A DNA stretch of 64,000 bases. Origin: Blastocladiella emersonii ATCC 22665 (lineage: Eukaryota; Fungi; Blastocladiomycota). The notes beneath the pieces are model-generated. The model did not search any database. It saw only the letters and a list, made by a program, of their open reading frames with translations, and was not told the DNA's origin. Positions 45,101-56,563 of this stretch are shown here, piece after piece (the first letter of the stretch is position 1; each line of letters starts with the position of its first letter). Location: NCBI GenBank assembly GCA_025594325.1, contig JANHCV010000001.1, positions 1,116,001 through 1,180,000 on the forward strand, given 5' to 3'. Made by a program: the position numbers and the translations under genes.

Positions 45101-45722
45101 TGCTGTGGGCCGCGGCAGCCGCAGCGGCGGCCGACGTGTCGGGCACGTTGGCGAGGCCGCGCAGACCCATCGAGGCCTGGAGCGACTTCCAGCCGTCCGG
45201 GTGCAGGATCTTGGGGACGAGCGGGGTCGGCATGTCGTGGACGAAATCGTGCACGGCGTGGTAGACCTCCTTGATGGCGTCCTCGAGGACGTGGAACGGG
45301 TCGTCCTCGTGCGGGTTGAAGCGCCACGTCGACTTGCGCGGGCGGCCGCGGGTAGACTGCTCCTTGTCGTCGGTGTTGGTGTCGCGGGGCGGCGGAGGCG
45401 GCGATGGTTCGCACGCGGTCACGGCGAGCGGTGATCCGAGCTGGGTCGCGATCCAGGAGAAGGAGGGCGGAGAGATTGCATGGTAGTTGACTGGTCGCTG
45501 ATCAGCAGCCGAGTCGTTGGGGCGGTCGCGGGCGAGGAGGTAGGCCCCAGCGGCGACGGCCGCGGCAGCAGCAACCGATGAGACGGCAAAGAAGGGCAGG
45601 TGTGGGACACGGCGGTGCGACTGTGACCAGCGATTCCAGGACCAAGTCCCGGTCCAAGTTCGGGCGCCAGACGGCCAGCGCGGCGGGCGCGGCGGCGCGT
45701 CTCCTCCTGCCCCGAGTGGCAT
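42101..45722 (-). CDS. Cytosolic phospholipase A2 / lysophospholipase catalytic-domain protein with a long N-terminal extension
   Basis: SGGGYRAM (Arg), ISALSGST (Ser), WVEFDPY, MGVWGSAF, LVDGGLAFNFP (Asp). Introns 44061-44004, 43779-43722 and 43081-43020 restore the frame. The start codon is inferred. Confidence 0.8.
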
Positions 45723-46077
45723 GCTGAGAGGTGGCGCAAGTTGAGCAAGTAGTCGTCGCGAGTCGGTACAGCGTGCGAGTGGGATACACGGGGCAGGGCC
45801 AGTTACATGTGTTGCGCCCAGTCTAGCGGGTGTGCGGGCAGAGGAGACGACGCGTCGCGGCGCGTCAACGGTTTGCACGGGTCCATGTGGCCGGCCGGGC
45901 GGGGAGGAGACACGCGGCGCGAGACAGCGTGAGCCGCCCACGTGCGCGCCACGTTCGCCTTGGGGACGCGCTCCGTCGCCGCGGCCGCTTTTTTGGCCGT
46001 CGATCACGTCAGCGACACCCTCCTTCAAGTAGCGCCTGAGGACGTGTACTCGTCCCCTCTCCCTAACCAGCACTTGC

Positions 46078-47622
46078 ATGGAACCACCCGTCACCATGGC
46101 CACCGCCAACCCGACCCCGCAGCACGCCGCGCCGCCCGCGTACCCGCCGTCACTGACGCCGGCGCAGGTCGCACAGCTGCGCGATCTCGCCGTGGACTGG
46201 TCGCTCGCGCACGGGCTCGTGATCCGCGCCGTGGGCGCTGACGGCAAGCCGGTGCCGCACAGCGCGGTGCACGCGCCCGTGGCGCTGTACCCGTCGCCGT
46301 TCCCGCGCGCGTGCTTTGAGCGGGCGCGCGCGCTGCAGCCCGCCTTCAACACGCTGGTGCACCGCATCACGCGCGACCCGGACTGGCTCGCGGGCGTCAT
46401 GGACACGCTCGGCGACACGGACGCGTTCACGGCCCGCCTGTACGCAATTTGGCGCGAGCGTCGGGCCGCGGCGGCGGCGTCGCCCGCGGCCGAGGCCGAC
46501 CAGCCCATCACGCTCGGCGTGCACCGGTCCGACTACCTGGTCCACCGCGACGCGGCCTCGGGCGCGCTGGATATCCAGCAGGTCGAGCTCAACACGATCG
46601 CGTCGTCGTTCGGGTGCCTGTCGACGCTCACGGCGCAGCTGCACCGGTACCTGCTCGACAAGACCGACTTCTACAACCGCGTCGACGACCCGACCACCCA
46701 CGATATCACGGCCGCCGCGCTGCCGCCCAACGCCGCCACCGCCAACATTGCGCGCGGCCTGGCCGAGGCCCACGCCCTGTACGGGAACCCGCGCGCCGTC
46801 GTCGTCATGGTGGTCCAGCCCGGCGAGCGCAACGCCCTCGACCAGCGCTGGCTCGAGTACGAGCTCATCGAGACCCACCGCGTGCGCCTGCTGCGCCGCA
46901 CCCTCGCCGACCTGCACGCGCAGGCCACGGTCACCCCCGACCGCAAGCTCGTCATCGAGACGCTCAGCGGACCCACCGAAGTCTCGGTCGTCTACTACCG
47001 CGCGGGCTACGGGCCGGGCGACTACCCGACCGAGGCCGAGTGGGCGGCGCGCGCGCTGGTCGAGCGGTCGCTCGCCGTCAAGTGCCCGACGGTCGCGCAG
47101 CAGCTGGCGGGCGCCAAGAAGGTGCAGCAGGTACTGGCGAACGCGGGCGAGGTGGAGCGGTTCCTGCCCGCGGCCGACGCCGCGCTCGTGCGGTCGTCGT
47201 TCACGGGCCTGTTCCCGCTCGACGCGGGCACCCCCGAGGGCGACGCGGCGTACGCGCGCGCGCTCGCGGAGCCGCACCGGTTCGTCGTCAAGCCGCAGCG
47301 CGAGGGCGGCGGCAACAACATCTACGGCGCCGATATCCCGGCGTTCCTGCGCGCGCTCCCCGCGTGCGACCGGTCGGCGTATATCCTCATGGAGCTCATC
47401 ACGCCGCCGCCCATGCAGAACGTGCTGGTGCGCACCGGCGAGCTGATCGCCGACGCCGACGTGGTCAGCGAGCTCGGGATTTACGGGATCTGGGTCGCCA
47501 AGGGCGACGAGGTCGTCATCAACGAGGCCGGAGGACATCTGCTGCGCACCAAGGTCGCCTCGTCCAACGAGGGCGGCGTCGCGGCCGGGTTCGCCGTGCT
47601 CGACAGCCCGCTCCTGTTCTGA
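46078..47622 (+). CDS. GSS: Glutathione synthetase (eukaryotic type)
   Basis: RSDYL, QVELNTIASSFG, ERNALDQ, YYRAGYGP, QLAGAKKVQQ, KPQREGGGNN, SELGIYG, EGGVAAGF. Confidence 0.95.
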   Translation: MEPPVTMATANPTPQHAAPPAYPPSLTPAQVAQLRDLAVDWSLAHGLVIRAVGADGKPVPHSAVHAPVALYPSPFPRACFERARALQPAFNTLVHRITRDPDWLAGVMDTLGDTDAFTARLYAIWRERRAAAAASPAAEADQPITLGVHRSDYLVHRDAASGALDIQQVELNTIASSFGCLSTLTAQLHRYLLDKTDFYNRVDDPTTHDITAAALPPNAATANIARGLAEAHALYGNPRAVVVMVVQPGERNALDQRWLEYELIETHRVRLLRRTLADLHAQATVTPDRKLVIETLSGPTEVSVVYYRAGYGPGDYPTEAEWAARALVERSLAVKCPTVAQQLAGAKKVQQVLANAGEVERFLPAADAALVRSSFTGLFPLDAGTPEGDAAYARALAEPHRFVVKPQREGGGNNIYGADIPAFLRALPACDRSAYILMELITPPPMQNVLVRTGELIADADVVSELGIYGIWVAKGDEVVINEAGGHLLRTKVASSNEGGVAAGFAVLDSPLLF

Positions 47623-47691
47623 TCTGGTTGGGAAGGGTGGTTTGATAGATTCGGTTTTGCAGTCAACTAAGGGGATACGGTATTGATACTA

Positions 47692-48333
47692 CTAGAACAT
47701 GGTGATGTTGCGCGCGCGGCGCGGCGCGGGTGGTGCGACGGCGGCCTCAAAGGTCTGTTCTGGCGCGGGTGCAGCTGACTTCTCCTCCTCAACGGGCACG
47801 GCCACGGGCGAAGCAGCGACTTGGACCACTGGTGGTTCGACTGGAACCTCGACGGCGGCAATCGGCTCGGGAACGGGAGCGGGAGTGGGCGAGGAGCCCC
47901 AGAGCCAGCCGAACCACGACGAGCTCGCGGTCGCACTTGCCTCACCGACCGGAACGGCGACAGGCACGCTCGCCTCGGCCTTGACAGCAGCCGCGGCGGC
48001 CGCCACCTTGGCCTCCTCGAGCGCGGCGAGCTCGCGGCGCAGCTTGCGCAGGGTGACGCCATACTGCTCCTCGAGCTCCTCGCGCTCCTGGCGCGTCCAC
48101 TGCACGTTGAGGGCGAGCGACCCGAGAATCGACCAGGCCAGGTACGCGCGCACGTAGCGGCCGTACCGGTCCCAGAAGGCGCGCATCGTCTTGGCCGTCA
48201 CGTCCCACGGGTCCGGGTCGCTTGACGTCGGAGCGGTCGTGGTGGTGGTCAGGGACCGCTGGGCGCGGAGGCCGGTCGTTGCTGACGACGCCAGCCGGCG
48301 CGCGGCGCGTAGCCGCAGGGCGGAGCGATACAT
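47692..48333 (-). CDS. Small hypothetical single-pass protein, possibly mitochondrial
   Basis: Arg-rich, acid-free N-terminus (MYRSALRLRAARRL), one hydrophobic segment, short coiled coil. Confidence 0.5.
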   Translation of the reverse strand: MYRSALRLRAARRLASSATTGLRAQRSLTTTTTAPTSSDPDPWDVTAKTMRAFWDRYGRYVRAYLAWSILGSLALNVQWTRQEREELEEQYGVTLRKLRRELAALEEAKVAAAAAAVKAEASVPVAVPVGEASATASSSWFGWLWGSSPTPAPVPEPIAAVEVPVEPPVVQVAASPVAVPVEEEKSAAPAPEQTFEAAVAPPAPRRARNITMF

Positions 48334-48561
48334 TGCAGAGAGTGTGCGTCGGGATCGGCGTGAGGGAGAGGTCGAGTCGGGAGGTCCTCTTGTTGATCTC
48401 GTCGCCCGTGCCTGGGTCGCTCGCGGCGCGCACACGAGGTCGGTCAACGCCACGACGCCGCGCCGCCCAGCGCGCCGCCATCCCTTCTTTCTCCCTCCCC
48501 TTCTCATCCATCGCGCCCTGGACGCGATCTCCATGCAACTGTAACCAACCAGCATCGCAAC

Positions 48562-50118
48562 ATGTCAACCGCGCCCGGCGCGTCCATGGAGTTTGCGCCG
48601 CCGGCCGTGTCGTACGCGTGCAGCTGCTCGCAGACGGTGGCGCCCATCACGTCGCTGCTGTTCTGCAAGGACTGCGTGGCGACGCGGTGCTCGCGGTGCG
48701 TCAGCCACGAGACGGCGTGCTACTACTGCCCGCTGTGCCTGTTCGAGGTGCCCTCGTCGTCGGTCAAGAACGAGCGCAACCGGTGCGCCCGCAACTGCTT
48801 CGAGTGCCCCGTCTGCCGCAGCTCGCTGTCCGTCATGGCCGAGGCCCCGCCGCCCGGCACCGTCCCGCCCGGTGCGTCCGCCACCTCGCCGTACGCGGCC
48901 ACGGGCCGGCCGGGCACTCCCGGATCGTCGCCTGGGTCGCCCGGCGGCCCGCCCGCACCGCCCACGCGCCACTACCTGCAGTGCGGCTTCTGCCGGTGGG
49001 ACTCGCGCGAGACGGGCATCGTGTTCGACCGCGCCACGGGGCTCGGCGGGTCGCTGCTCAAGCGCGAGGAGGGGTCGTCGTACGCCCGCGAGTTTGCCGC
49101 GCTCAAGGCCGACCTCGAGAAGAAGCTGCAGAGCAACACGCGCGCGCCCACGTCCTCGTCGCGCATCTCGTCGCCCCACCTCGCCCTCCTCTCGCCCTCG
49201 TTCAGCAGCCTGCAGCGCCACCTCCCGTCGCTGCCGTCGCGCGGCAGCCTCAACAAGATCGAGCGCACGGGCAGCACGTCGGGCGCGGGCGCCGGCGGAG
49301 CGGGTAAAGCGGTGCCCGAGCCGTACCGCCCGCAGGTGCCGTTCGACGAGGCGCGCGACAAGCGGCGCGTCGAGAAGATGATGACGCTGCAGTACGTCGA
49401 GGAGATCCCGACGCTCGAGCAGCGGCTCAACCAGCCGCTGTGCGACGTGCTGGAGCGGCTCCTGCCGCTGCGCACGCACCTGCGCGCCAAGCTGGCCAAA
49501 CGGTGCCGGCAGTGCGACAAACAGCTCATCAAGCCCGAGCCCAAGGCGCAGGCGACGCGGTTCAAGCTCAAGCACGTTGCCCTCGCGCACCTGCCCGCCC
49601 TCACGCTCGCGCACCCGATGCCGATCTTGGTCCAGAACCAGAAGGCCACGGTGCTCGTCCGGTTCACCAACCCGCTCGAGGAGGACCTGCAGATCTCGCT
49701 CACGGCGCTGGACACCATGTTCGCGACCGTCCACCTCGTGTGCCCGCAGTTCTCGGTCCCCGGGTACGACGAGATGCAGGTGTACGACGAGTTCACCGAC
49801 GACCCGGCCCTCGTCGCCGCCTCTGAGGCTGGGCTCGCACCGCACGGCGTCGTCCAGGTCAAGGGCAACTCGGTCGTCGTCGAGATCCACGTCACGCCCC
49901 GCGGCGGGCTCGGGTCGCCCGTCGAGTTCCAGCTCATCGTCAACTACAAGTTCAATCCCGCGGCCGGCGCCGGCTCGGACCTCACGCCGACCGCGAGCCC
50001 GACCGTCGCCCGCCGGTCCCGCGCGCCGTCGGCCGCGACCGCGCCCAAGACCATGAACCTCGCCGTCTCGATCAACGCCGGCAGCGTCAGCTCTACCTTC
50101 TCCTTCCCGACCATGTAA
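48562..50118 (+). CDS. DCTN4: Dynactin subunit 4 (p62)
   Basis: LLFCKDC..RCSRCV..YYCPLCLFEVPSS..NRCARNCFECPVC, CGFCRWDS, LRAKLAKRCRQC..LIKPE, FTNPLE. Confidence 0.92.
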   Translation: MSTAPGASMEFAPPAVSYACSCSQTVAPITSLLFCKDCVATRCSRCVSHETACYYCPLCLFEVPSSSVKNERNRCARNCFECPVCRSSLSVMAEAPPPGTVPPGASATSPYAATGRPGTPGSSPGSPGGPPAPPTRHYLQCGFCRWDSRETGIVFDRATGLGGSLLKREEGSSYAREFAALKADLEKKLQSNTRAPTSSSRISSPHLALLSPSFSSLQRHLPSLPSRGSLNKIERTGSTSGAGAGGAGKAVPEPYRPQVPFDEARDKRRVEKMMTLQYVEEIPTLEQRLNQPLCDVLERLLPLRTHLRAKLAKRCRQCDKQLIKPEPKAQATRFKLKHVALAHLPALTLAHPMPILVQNQKATVLVRFTNPLEEDLQISLTALDTMFATVHLVCPQFSVPGYDEMQVYDEFTDDPALVAASEAGLAPHGVVQVKGNSVVVEIHVTPRGGLGSPVEFQLIVNYKFNPAAGAGSDLTPTASPTVARRSRAPSAATAPKTMNLAVSINAGSVSSTFSFPTM

Positions 50119-50285
50119 CATCGCCCTCCCCTCTATTTTGTATTATTCCCTCCTCCGCGCTCGCAATCGCAACCTATATCGAAACGGATCACATGCTTGC
50201 ACCTGAAGTGCTCGCGCGGCGCGCCGACGACGTGAGGTCGAAGCCCGCGGCCGCCGGCCACCCCGCCGCCCCTCCATCCACGACC

Positions 50286-52099
50286 ATGTTCGCTGCTGTG
50301 CGTGTCGCCGGCACCCCCCTCACTCGCTGCAATGCCATCGCGCCGCTCCCATGCATCGCCCGTGACTGACTGATCCCGCGAATCCGTGCTCCGCGCGCAC
50401 GCGACACCCGCATCGCATCGCTCGTTCGTAGCCCGGCGCCACTCCTGGCTTCTCGTTCAACATGCCAGCCGCCACGTCGGCTGCCGCGCCGGCGGCACCC
50501 GCACCGGCGGCACCCGCACCGGCATTCGGCGGTGGTGGCATGTTCGGTGCGCCCGCGGCATCGGCGCCCGCGACGTCGGCGGCGGCTCCGGCCCCGGCCC
50601 TCGCCTTTGGCTCGTTCGGCGCGGCTGCCCCCGCTGCGTCCGCGCCCACAACCTCTGTGGCTGCCGGTGCCGGCAAGCCCTTTGCGTTTGGCGGCGGTCT
50701 GACGTCCACCCCCGCGACGTCCGCGCCCGCAACGCTTGGGCTCGGCGCGGCGAAGCCGCTGACGCTCGGCGGGTTCGGCGCGCCCGCAACGTCGGCGGCG
50801 GCGGCGCCTACGTTCTCGCTCGGCGGCGGGTTTGGTGCGCCCGCCCAGCAGCAGCAGGCGCAGGTGCAGGTCACGATGAAGACCAAGTTTGCCGATCTCC
50901 CGGCCGACGTGCAGAACGAGTTGCGCGCCATCGAGTACGTTGTGTGCTGCGTGATTGGGTAGCCCAGTCAACTCACCCCCCGTGTCCGAGTGTGTAGCAA
51001 GCTGATCAAGGAGCAGACGGGCCTGGCCGACTCGCTGGTGAGCAAGGACACGGGCAGCGCGCTGCGCGACCTGACCGACGACATTGCCAAGCTGCGCAAG
51101 ACGCACGGGGCCATTGCCGTGGTGCTGGAAAAGGACCTGCAGGCGGCGCTCGCGCTGCGCGGGGCCGCGCGCAAGGAGCTGAACCGCGCCGAGACGGCGG
51201 GCCGGATCCTCGACGCGGAGCTGCACAACACGACGGCGCAGATGGCCCACAACAAGTACTACTCGACCATCGCCTACTTCCGGGAAAAGGACGACGAGTT
51301 CCGCTGCCGCGCCACCGAGTACGCGCAGCGCATCGCCGAGCTCGAGGACCACATTGCCTCGCTGTGCTCGGCGCACGCGCCCACCCCGCAGACCATCGGC
51401 GAGACGGTCCGGACCCAGCACAGCTCCTTCCTCCTCCTCGCGTCCCAGGTCGCCGCCCTCCACAACAACGTCGAGAAGCTCCGCGAGCAGTACGTCGTGT
51501 ACCGCCGCCAGTACTACGGCGACGCCAAGAACCCCTTTGCCGTCGGCGGTAAGAAGAACCGCAACAAGCGGCCCGCCTCCCACATGGCCATGGACGAGGA
51601 CAACCTCGGCGTCTCGTACAAGGACTACGCCAACCAGTTTGTCGAGCCCACCAACTTTGCCCCCGCCGTCCAGCCCGCCGGCGCCCCGGGCGCCCCCGCC
51701 ACCTCGGCTGCCGCGCCCGCGGCCGCTACGACTGCCTCCACGTTCGGCTCGTTTGGCGGGTTCGGCGCCGCCAAGCCGTTTAGCACGCCCGCGGTCACCA
51801 GCACCGCGCCGTTCGGTGCCCCGACCCTCACGCTCGGCGCCACCTCTGCTCCTGCGACCTCGGCCCCCGCGACGTCGCTCCCGGCCTTCAGCCTCGGCGG
51901 GTTTGGCCAGACCTCGGCCCCCGCGTCGTCGCCCGCCGTCGGCCTCGCTGGCACGCAGGCGGCTGCCGCCACGCCCATGCTCTCGTTCGGCGCGACCCCG
52001 GCCTCGACGGCCGCGGCCGCACCAGCATCCGGCTTCTCGTTCGGAACCACCGTGTCCGCGGCGGCCCCGACGATGTTCACCGGGTTCGGCAAGAAGTAG
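50286..52099 (+). CDS. Central-channel FG nucleoporin Nup58/Nup49-like
   Basis: FG repeats at both ends; core KTKFADLPADVQNELRAI-DKLIKEQ coiled coil and YRRQYYGDAKNPF. Introns about 50298-50431 and about 50936-50997. Confidence 0.75.
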
Positions 52100-52307
52100 C
52101 GGGGGTGCGCCGGATGTGGTTGTGCGGAATATACTTGATTTCTCTTGCAGTGGTCGGTCTTGAGGGTCTTGGGTCGTTGTCGCCGAGGGACGTCGTGGAC
52201 GCGACGACCACGGCGACCACTGCGCCGCGCGCGCGCCGATCATCTTCTCCCCCTCCCGTCCCTTGGAATCGTGAACGCATCATCCAATTAACCACACACC
52301 TATTGCA

Positions 52308-55300
52308 ATGTCACAAGCCCACCTGCGCGACAAGCAGGCGCAGCTCGCGCAGCGGCAGCGCGACGAGGAGGCCCGCCGCCTGCTGGCCAAGAACGACACG
52401 TTCAAGATGCTCTACGACGACGACGACGACGAGGATGCCGCTGCGCCCGCCCCTTCCTCCTCGTCAAAACGCCGCGATCGTGACCGCGACGACGAGCGCA
52501 AATCGTCGAAGCGGAAACTGCGGCGCAAGGACGACGATCGCGACCGCGACGCCGGCGACGACGACGGCGGGATCCGCATCGTCAAACGCCGCCGCGACTA
52601 CGACCGCGACGGCGACCTCGAGGACGACGAGGAGGAGCGGCGCCGCGCCGAGGACCGCCGCGAGCGCGACGAGTTTGCCCTGCGGCTCAAGGAAAAGGAC
52701 GCGGAGCGCGAGCGCAAGGTGCGTTCATCTTTGCTCCTGTCTCCACACAACGACGCTGACCGTTCATCTCCGCTAGCTCATCGAGGACAAGTCCCGGCTC
52801 AACGCGTCGGCGCAGCGGCGGCGAAACCTGGCCGACGACCCGGCGGCGCGCGAGCAGGTGATGCCGACGCTGCGGGAGCGCAGCCGGCAAGAGTACCTGC
52901 AGAAGCGCAGCGAGCAGCAGTTCCTCCTGCAGAAGCGGCTGCTCGAGGAGGAGCGCGCGGCGTTTGCGGGCGTGAAGCTGACGGCGAAAGAGCGCAAGGA
53001 TTTCGAGTACCGCGAGCGGCTGCTGCAGCTCGCCGAAGAAAAGATGCGCGCCGACGCCGACAGTAAGGTCCAGGCGTACGCCATGCCCGAGGACTACCTC
53101 CAGGAGCGCGGCAAGATCGACAAGAAGAAGATGGACGACGCCCTGTACGGCCGGTACCAGGACGACGGACGGAACAACTTTGTCTCGGAGCAGGACCAGT
53201 GGGAGGAGCACCAGATCCGCGCCGCCAAGGCCGGCCGCGGTGGCGAGGAGGACGAGCCCAACGAGTACGATTTCGTGTTTGACGAGGAGCAGCACATCGA
53301 CTTTATCCTGAAAGCCAAGATCAACGACGGTGCCGCGCCGCCACCAGCCGCCGAGGTGGATCCCGCCAAGATCAAGGGTACGCTCCGTTTGGGAAACACG
53401 CACCCGCGCGCCTCACTCACGACCCGCCTCGTACCCCGTATAGCCATGTCCATCAAGCAGGTCCGCGAGTCGCTCCCCGTGTACCCGTACCGGCAAACGC
53501 TGCTCGACGCGCTCGACGAGTTCCAGGTCCTCATCATCGTCGGCGAGACGGGCTCGGGCAAGACGACCCAGCTCACCCAGTACCTGCACGAGGCCGGCTA
53601 CACCGAGGGCGGCAAGAAGATCGGGTGCACGCAGCCCCGCCGTGTCGCCGCCATGTCCGTCGCGGCGCGCGTCGCCGAGGAAATGGGCGGCAAGGTCGGC
53701 GACCAGGTCGGGTACTCGATCCGGTTCGAGGACTGCACGAGCGACAAGACCGTGATCAAGTGTACGTACTATTCGGGCCTTGCGACGCGTTGACTCGTGG
53801 CTCACCCCGCTCGCATCCGCGTGTGTAGACATGACGGACGGCATGCTGCTGCGCGAGTTCATGACCGAGCCCGACCTCGCGTCGTACTCGGTGCTCATGA
53901 TCGACGAGGCGCACGAGCGCACGCTGCACACGGACGTGCTGTTCGGGCTGGTCAAGGACATTGCGCGGTTCCGCAAGGACCTCAAGCTGCTCATCTCGTC
54001 GGCGACCATGGACGCGGAAAAGTTCAGCGAGTACTTTGACGACGCGCCCATCCTCAACATCCCCGGCCGCAAGTTCCCCGTCGACATCTACTACACCAAG
54101 GCGCCCGAGGCCGACTACCTGCAGGCGTGCGTCGCCACCGTCATGCAGATCCACATCACCCAGGGTCCCGGCGACATCCTCGTGTTCCTCACGGGCCAGG
54201 AGGAGATCGAGGTCGCGCAGGAGCGGCTGCAGGCCATCACCAAGTCGCTCGGCGCCCGCATCAAGGAGCTCATCATCGCGCCCATCTACTCGTCGCTGCC
54301 GTCGGACATGCAGGCCAAGATCTTTGACGCGACGCCCGACGGCGCCCGCAAGGTCGTGCTCGCGACCAACATTGCCGAGACGTCCATCACCATCGACGGG
54401 ATCGTGTACGTGATCGACCCGGGGTTCGTCAAGCAGACCAGCTACAACCCGCGCACCGGCATGGAGTCGCTGATCGTGACGCCCGCGTCGCGCGCTGCCG
54501 TCAACCAGCGCGCGGGCCGCGCCGGGCGCGTCGGGCCCGGCAAGTGCTTCCGCCTGTACACGGCGTGGGCGTACGAGAACGAGCTCGAGGCCAACACGAT
54601 CCCCGAGATCCAGCGCACCAACCTCGGGTCCACGGTGCTCATGCTCAAGTCGCTCGGGATCGACGACCTCATCGATTTCGACTTCATGGACGCGCCGCCC
54701 GCCGAGACCCTGATCCGCGCCCTCGAGCAGCTGTACGCGCTCGGCGCACTCAACGACCGCGGCGAGCTCACCAAGCTCGGCCGCCGCATGGCCGAGTTCC
54801 CCGCCGACCCGATGCTCAGCCGCACGCTGCTCGCGGCCGAGCAGTTTGCGTGCGCCGAGGAGGTGGTGTCGATCGTCGCCATGCTCAGCGTGCAGAACTC
54901 CATCTTCTACCGGCCCAAGGACAAGGCAGTGCACGCCGACAAGGCGCGGCAGGCCTTCTTCCACAAGTCGGGCGACCACGTCATGCTGCTCAACGTGTGG
55001 AACCAGTGGGTCGAGACCAACTTCTCGGTCCAGTGGTGCTTCGACAACTTTATCCAGCACCGCAGCATGACGCGCGCGCACGACGTGCGCGACCAGCTGG
55101 TCGGGCTCATGGAGCGCGTCGAGATCCCCATGACGGCGGCGCCCGACCCGTTTGGCCACCCGGTGCCCATCCTAAAGGCGTTCACAGCGGGCTTCTTCTA
55201 CCACGCGTGCCGCATCAACAAGTCGGCCGACTCATACCGCAACATCAAGCACAACAACTCGGTGCTCATCCACCCGACCTCGGCCCTGTACCGCGCCGCC

Positions 55301-55522
55301 GAGCGCAACGCCCGCGGCCCGCCGAAATGGGTCATGTACCACGAGCTCGTCTTCACCACCAAGGAGTACATGCGCCAGGTCTCGGAAATCGACCCGTCGT
55401 GGCTCCTCGAGGTCGCGCCCCACTACTACCAGGCCAAGGAGCTCGAGGAGGGCGACCGCGGCGTCGGCGGCAAGCGCAAGATGCCCAAGGTCGTCCCCGA
55501 TCCGAACGCCGGTCGTGGTTGA
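52308..55522 (+). CDS. DHX16: DEAH-box splicing helicase Prp2/DHX16
   Basis: [51 protein letters not shown]; N-terminal charged region; 3 introns (about 52720, 53378, 53764). Confidence 0.92.
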
Positions 55523-55705
55523 CGACGTGCGACGAGGTGAATAGAGAAAATTTAACACCACAGCCACAGCCAAAGCCACGGCATGAAATGAGCCGCGCGA
55601 CCACCAACATTGCGAGCGCAAGTGGTCGCTCGTCAGCGAGCTTCAAACGCGGGCGGTCCTCGCGCACAGTCGCCGGTGACCGGGGGCATGATGCGGCACT
55701 CATCA

Positions 55706-56263
55706 TTACTCGCGCGCGATTCGGACTCGACATGGAGCTAGTCGAGCTGGCGGTGCGACGGGCGGAACGCTGGGCCCGACCTCGATCGTGATGCTGAACC
55801 CCCGCGCGTCGGCGTCGAGGTCGGCGTCGCCCGTCTCGTCGTCCGTGAGCCGGTTGATCTCGCACAGGCACACGTCATAGAAGCGGCTCCACAGCCCAAC
55901 GAGGTGGCCGACCGTTTCGGTTGCTTGGAAGGTGGGAGAGAGCTTTGTCAGAAGCGCTTGAAGGCAGACGCGGGCGTTGCGGTTCAAGCCAGGCACCACC
56001 AGGAGCAGCCAGAGATCGTTGAGAAGTGACACGTCGCACGCGAGCAGCAAAATTGTCAGCCGGCCAGAGTAAATCTCAAGCCCGCTCGTAATCGCGCGGA
56101 GGATGGCGGAGAACTGGGCGAGCAGCACGCGTTCGTCCGGCGCGCAAGCGCCGAGCTCCCGCGAAGACGCGAGCACGACCGACCGCATCGCTGCCATCTG
56201 GAGGACTGGGGTCCACAGGTCCGACGGTAGATTCAGCTGCATGGAGTTTTGTTCTGGATTCAT
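55706..56263 (-). pseudogene. Short F-box-like ORF or relic (LPSDLWTPVLQMA)
   Basis: F-box-like start and lower GC; loses coding appearance after about 150 aa. Confidence 0.35.
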
Positions 56264-56490
56264 GGCTTTTCATCGAATCGATCAAGCGTGGCAAGGGAGC
56301 GAGCGTGGAGCGCTCCCCTCGCGAAACGCCACGCGGGTCAAGCGACGACGCGTCGCACGATCGACCGTCCTAAGCGGCTTCTCCCCAATTCACTAAGGAT
56401 ACTTGGGAGGTGGGAGGGAGCTCAGTCAGAGATAATAATCAATCTAGTTAAACTAATCGAAAAATAAACTAATCGAAACTAGTCGAAAAA

Positions 56491-56563
56491 CGATTCCTAC
56501 GGGGGTCGAACCCGTGACCTCAGGATTAAAAGTCCCGCGCTCTACCGACTGAGCTAAGGAACC
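56491..56563 (-). tRNA. tRNA-Lys: tRNA-Lys(UUU), intronless, 73 nt
   Basis: Acceptor GGTTCCT/AGGAATC, TAGCTCAGTCGGTAGAGC D-arm, CGGGA-CTTTTAA-TCCTG anticodon arm, GGTTCGACC T-loop, downstream T5 terminator. Confidence 0.97.

Noticed and set aside
45723-46511. N-terminal extension of the 829-aa minus ORF 44022-46511
   Set aside because: It overlaps GSS antisense and the shared promoter; ATG 45722 is the more plausible start.
6478-52099. A functional nuclear-transport cluster (FG orphan, XPO4, Nup58-like, LOC1)
   Set aside because: The genes are scattered among unrelated housekeeping genes; chance co-occurrence is sufficient.
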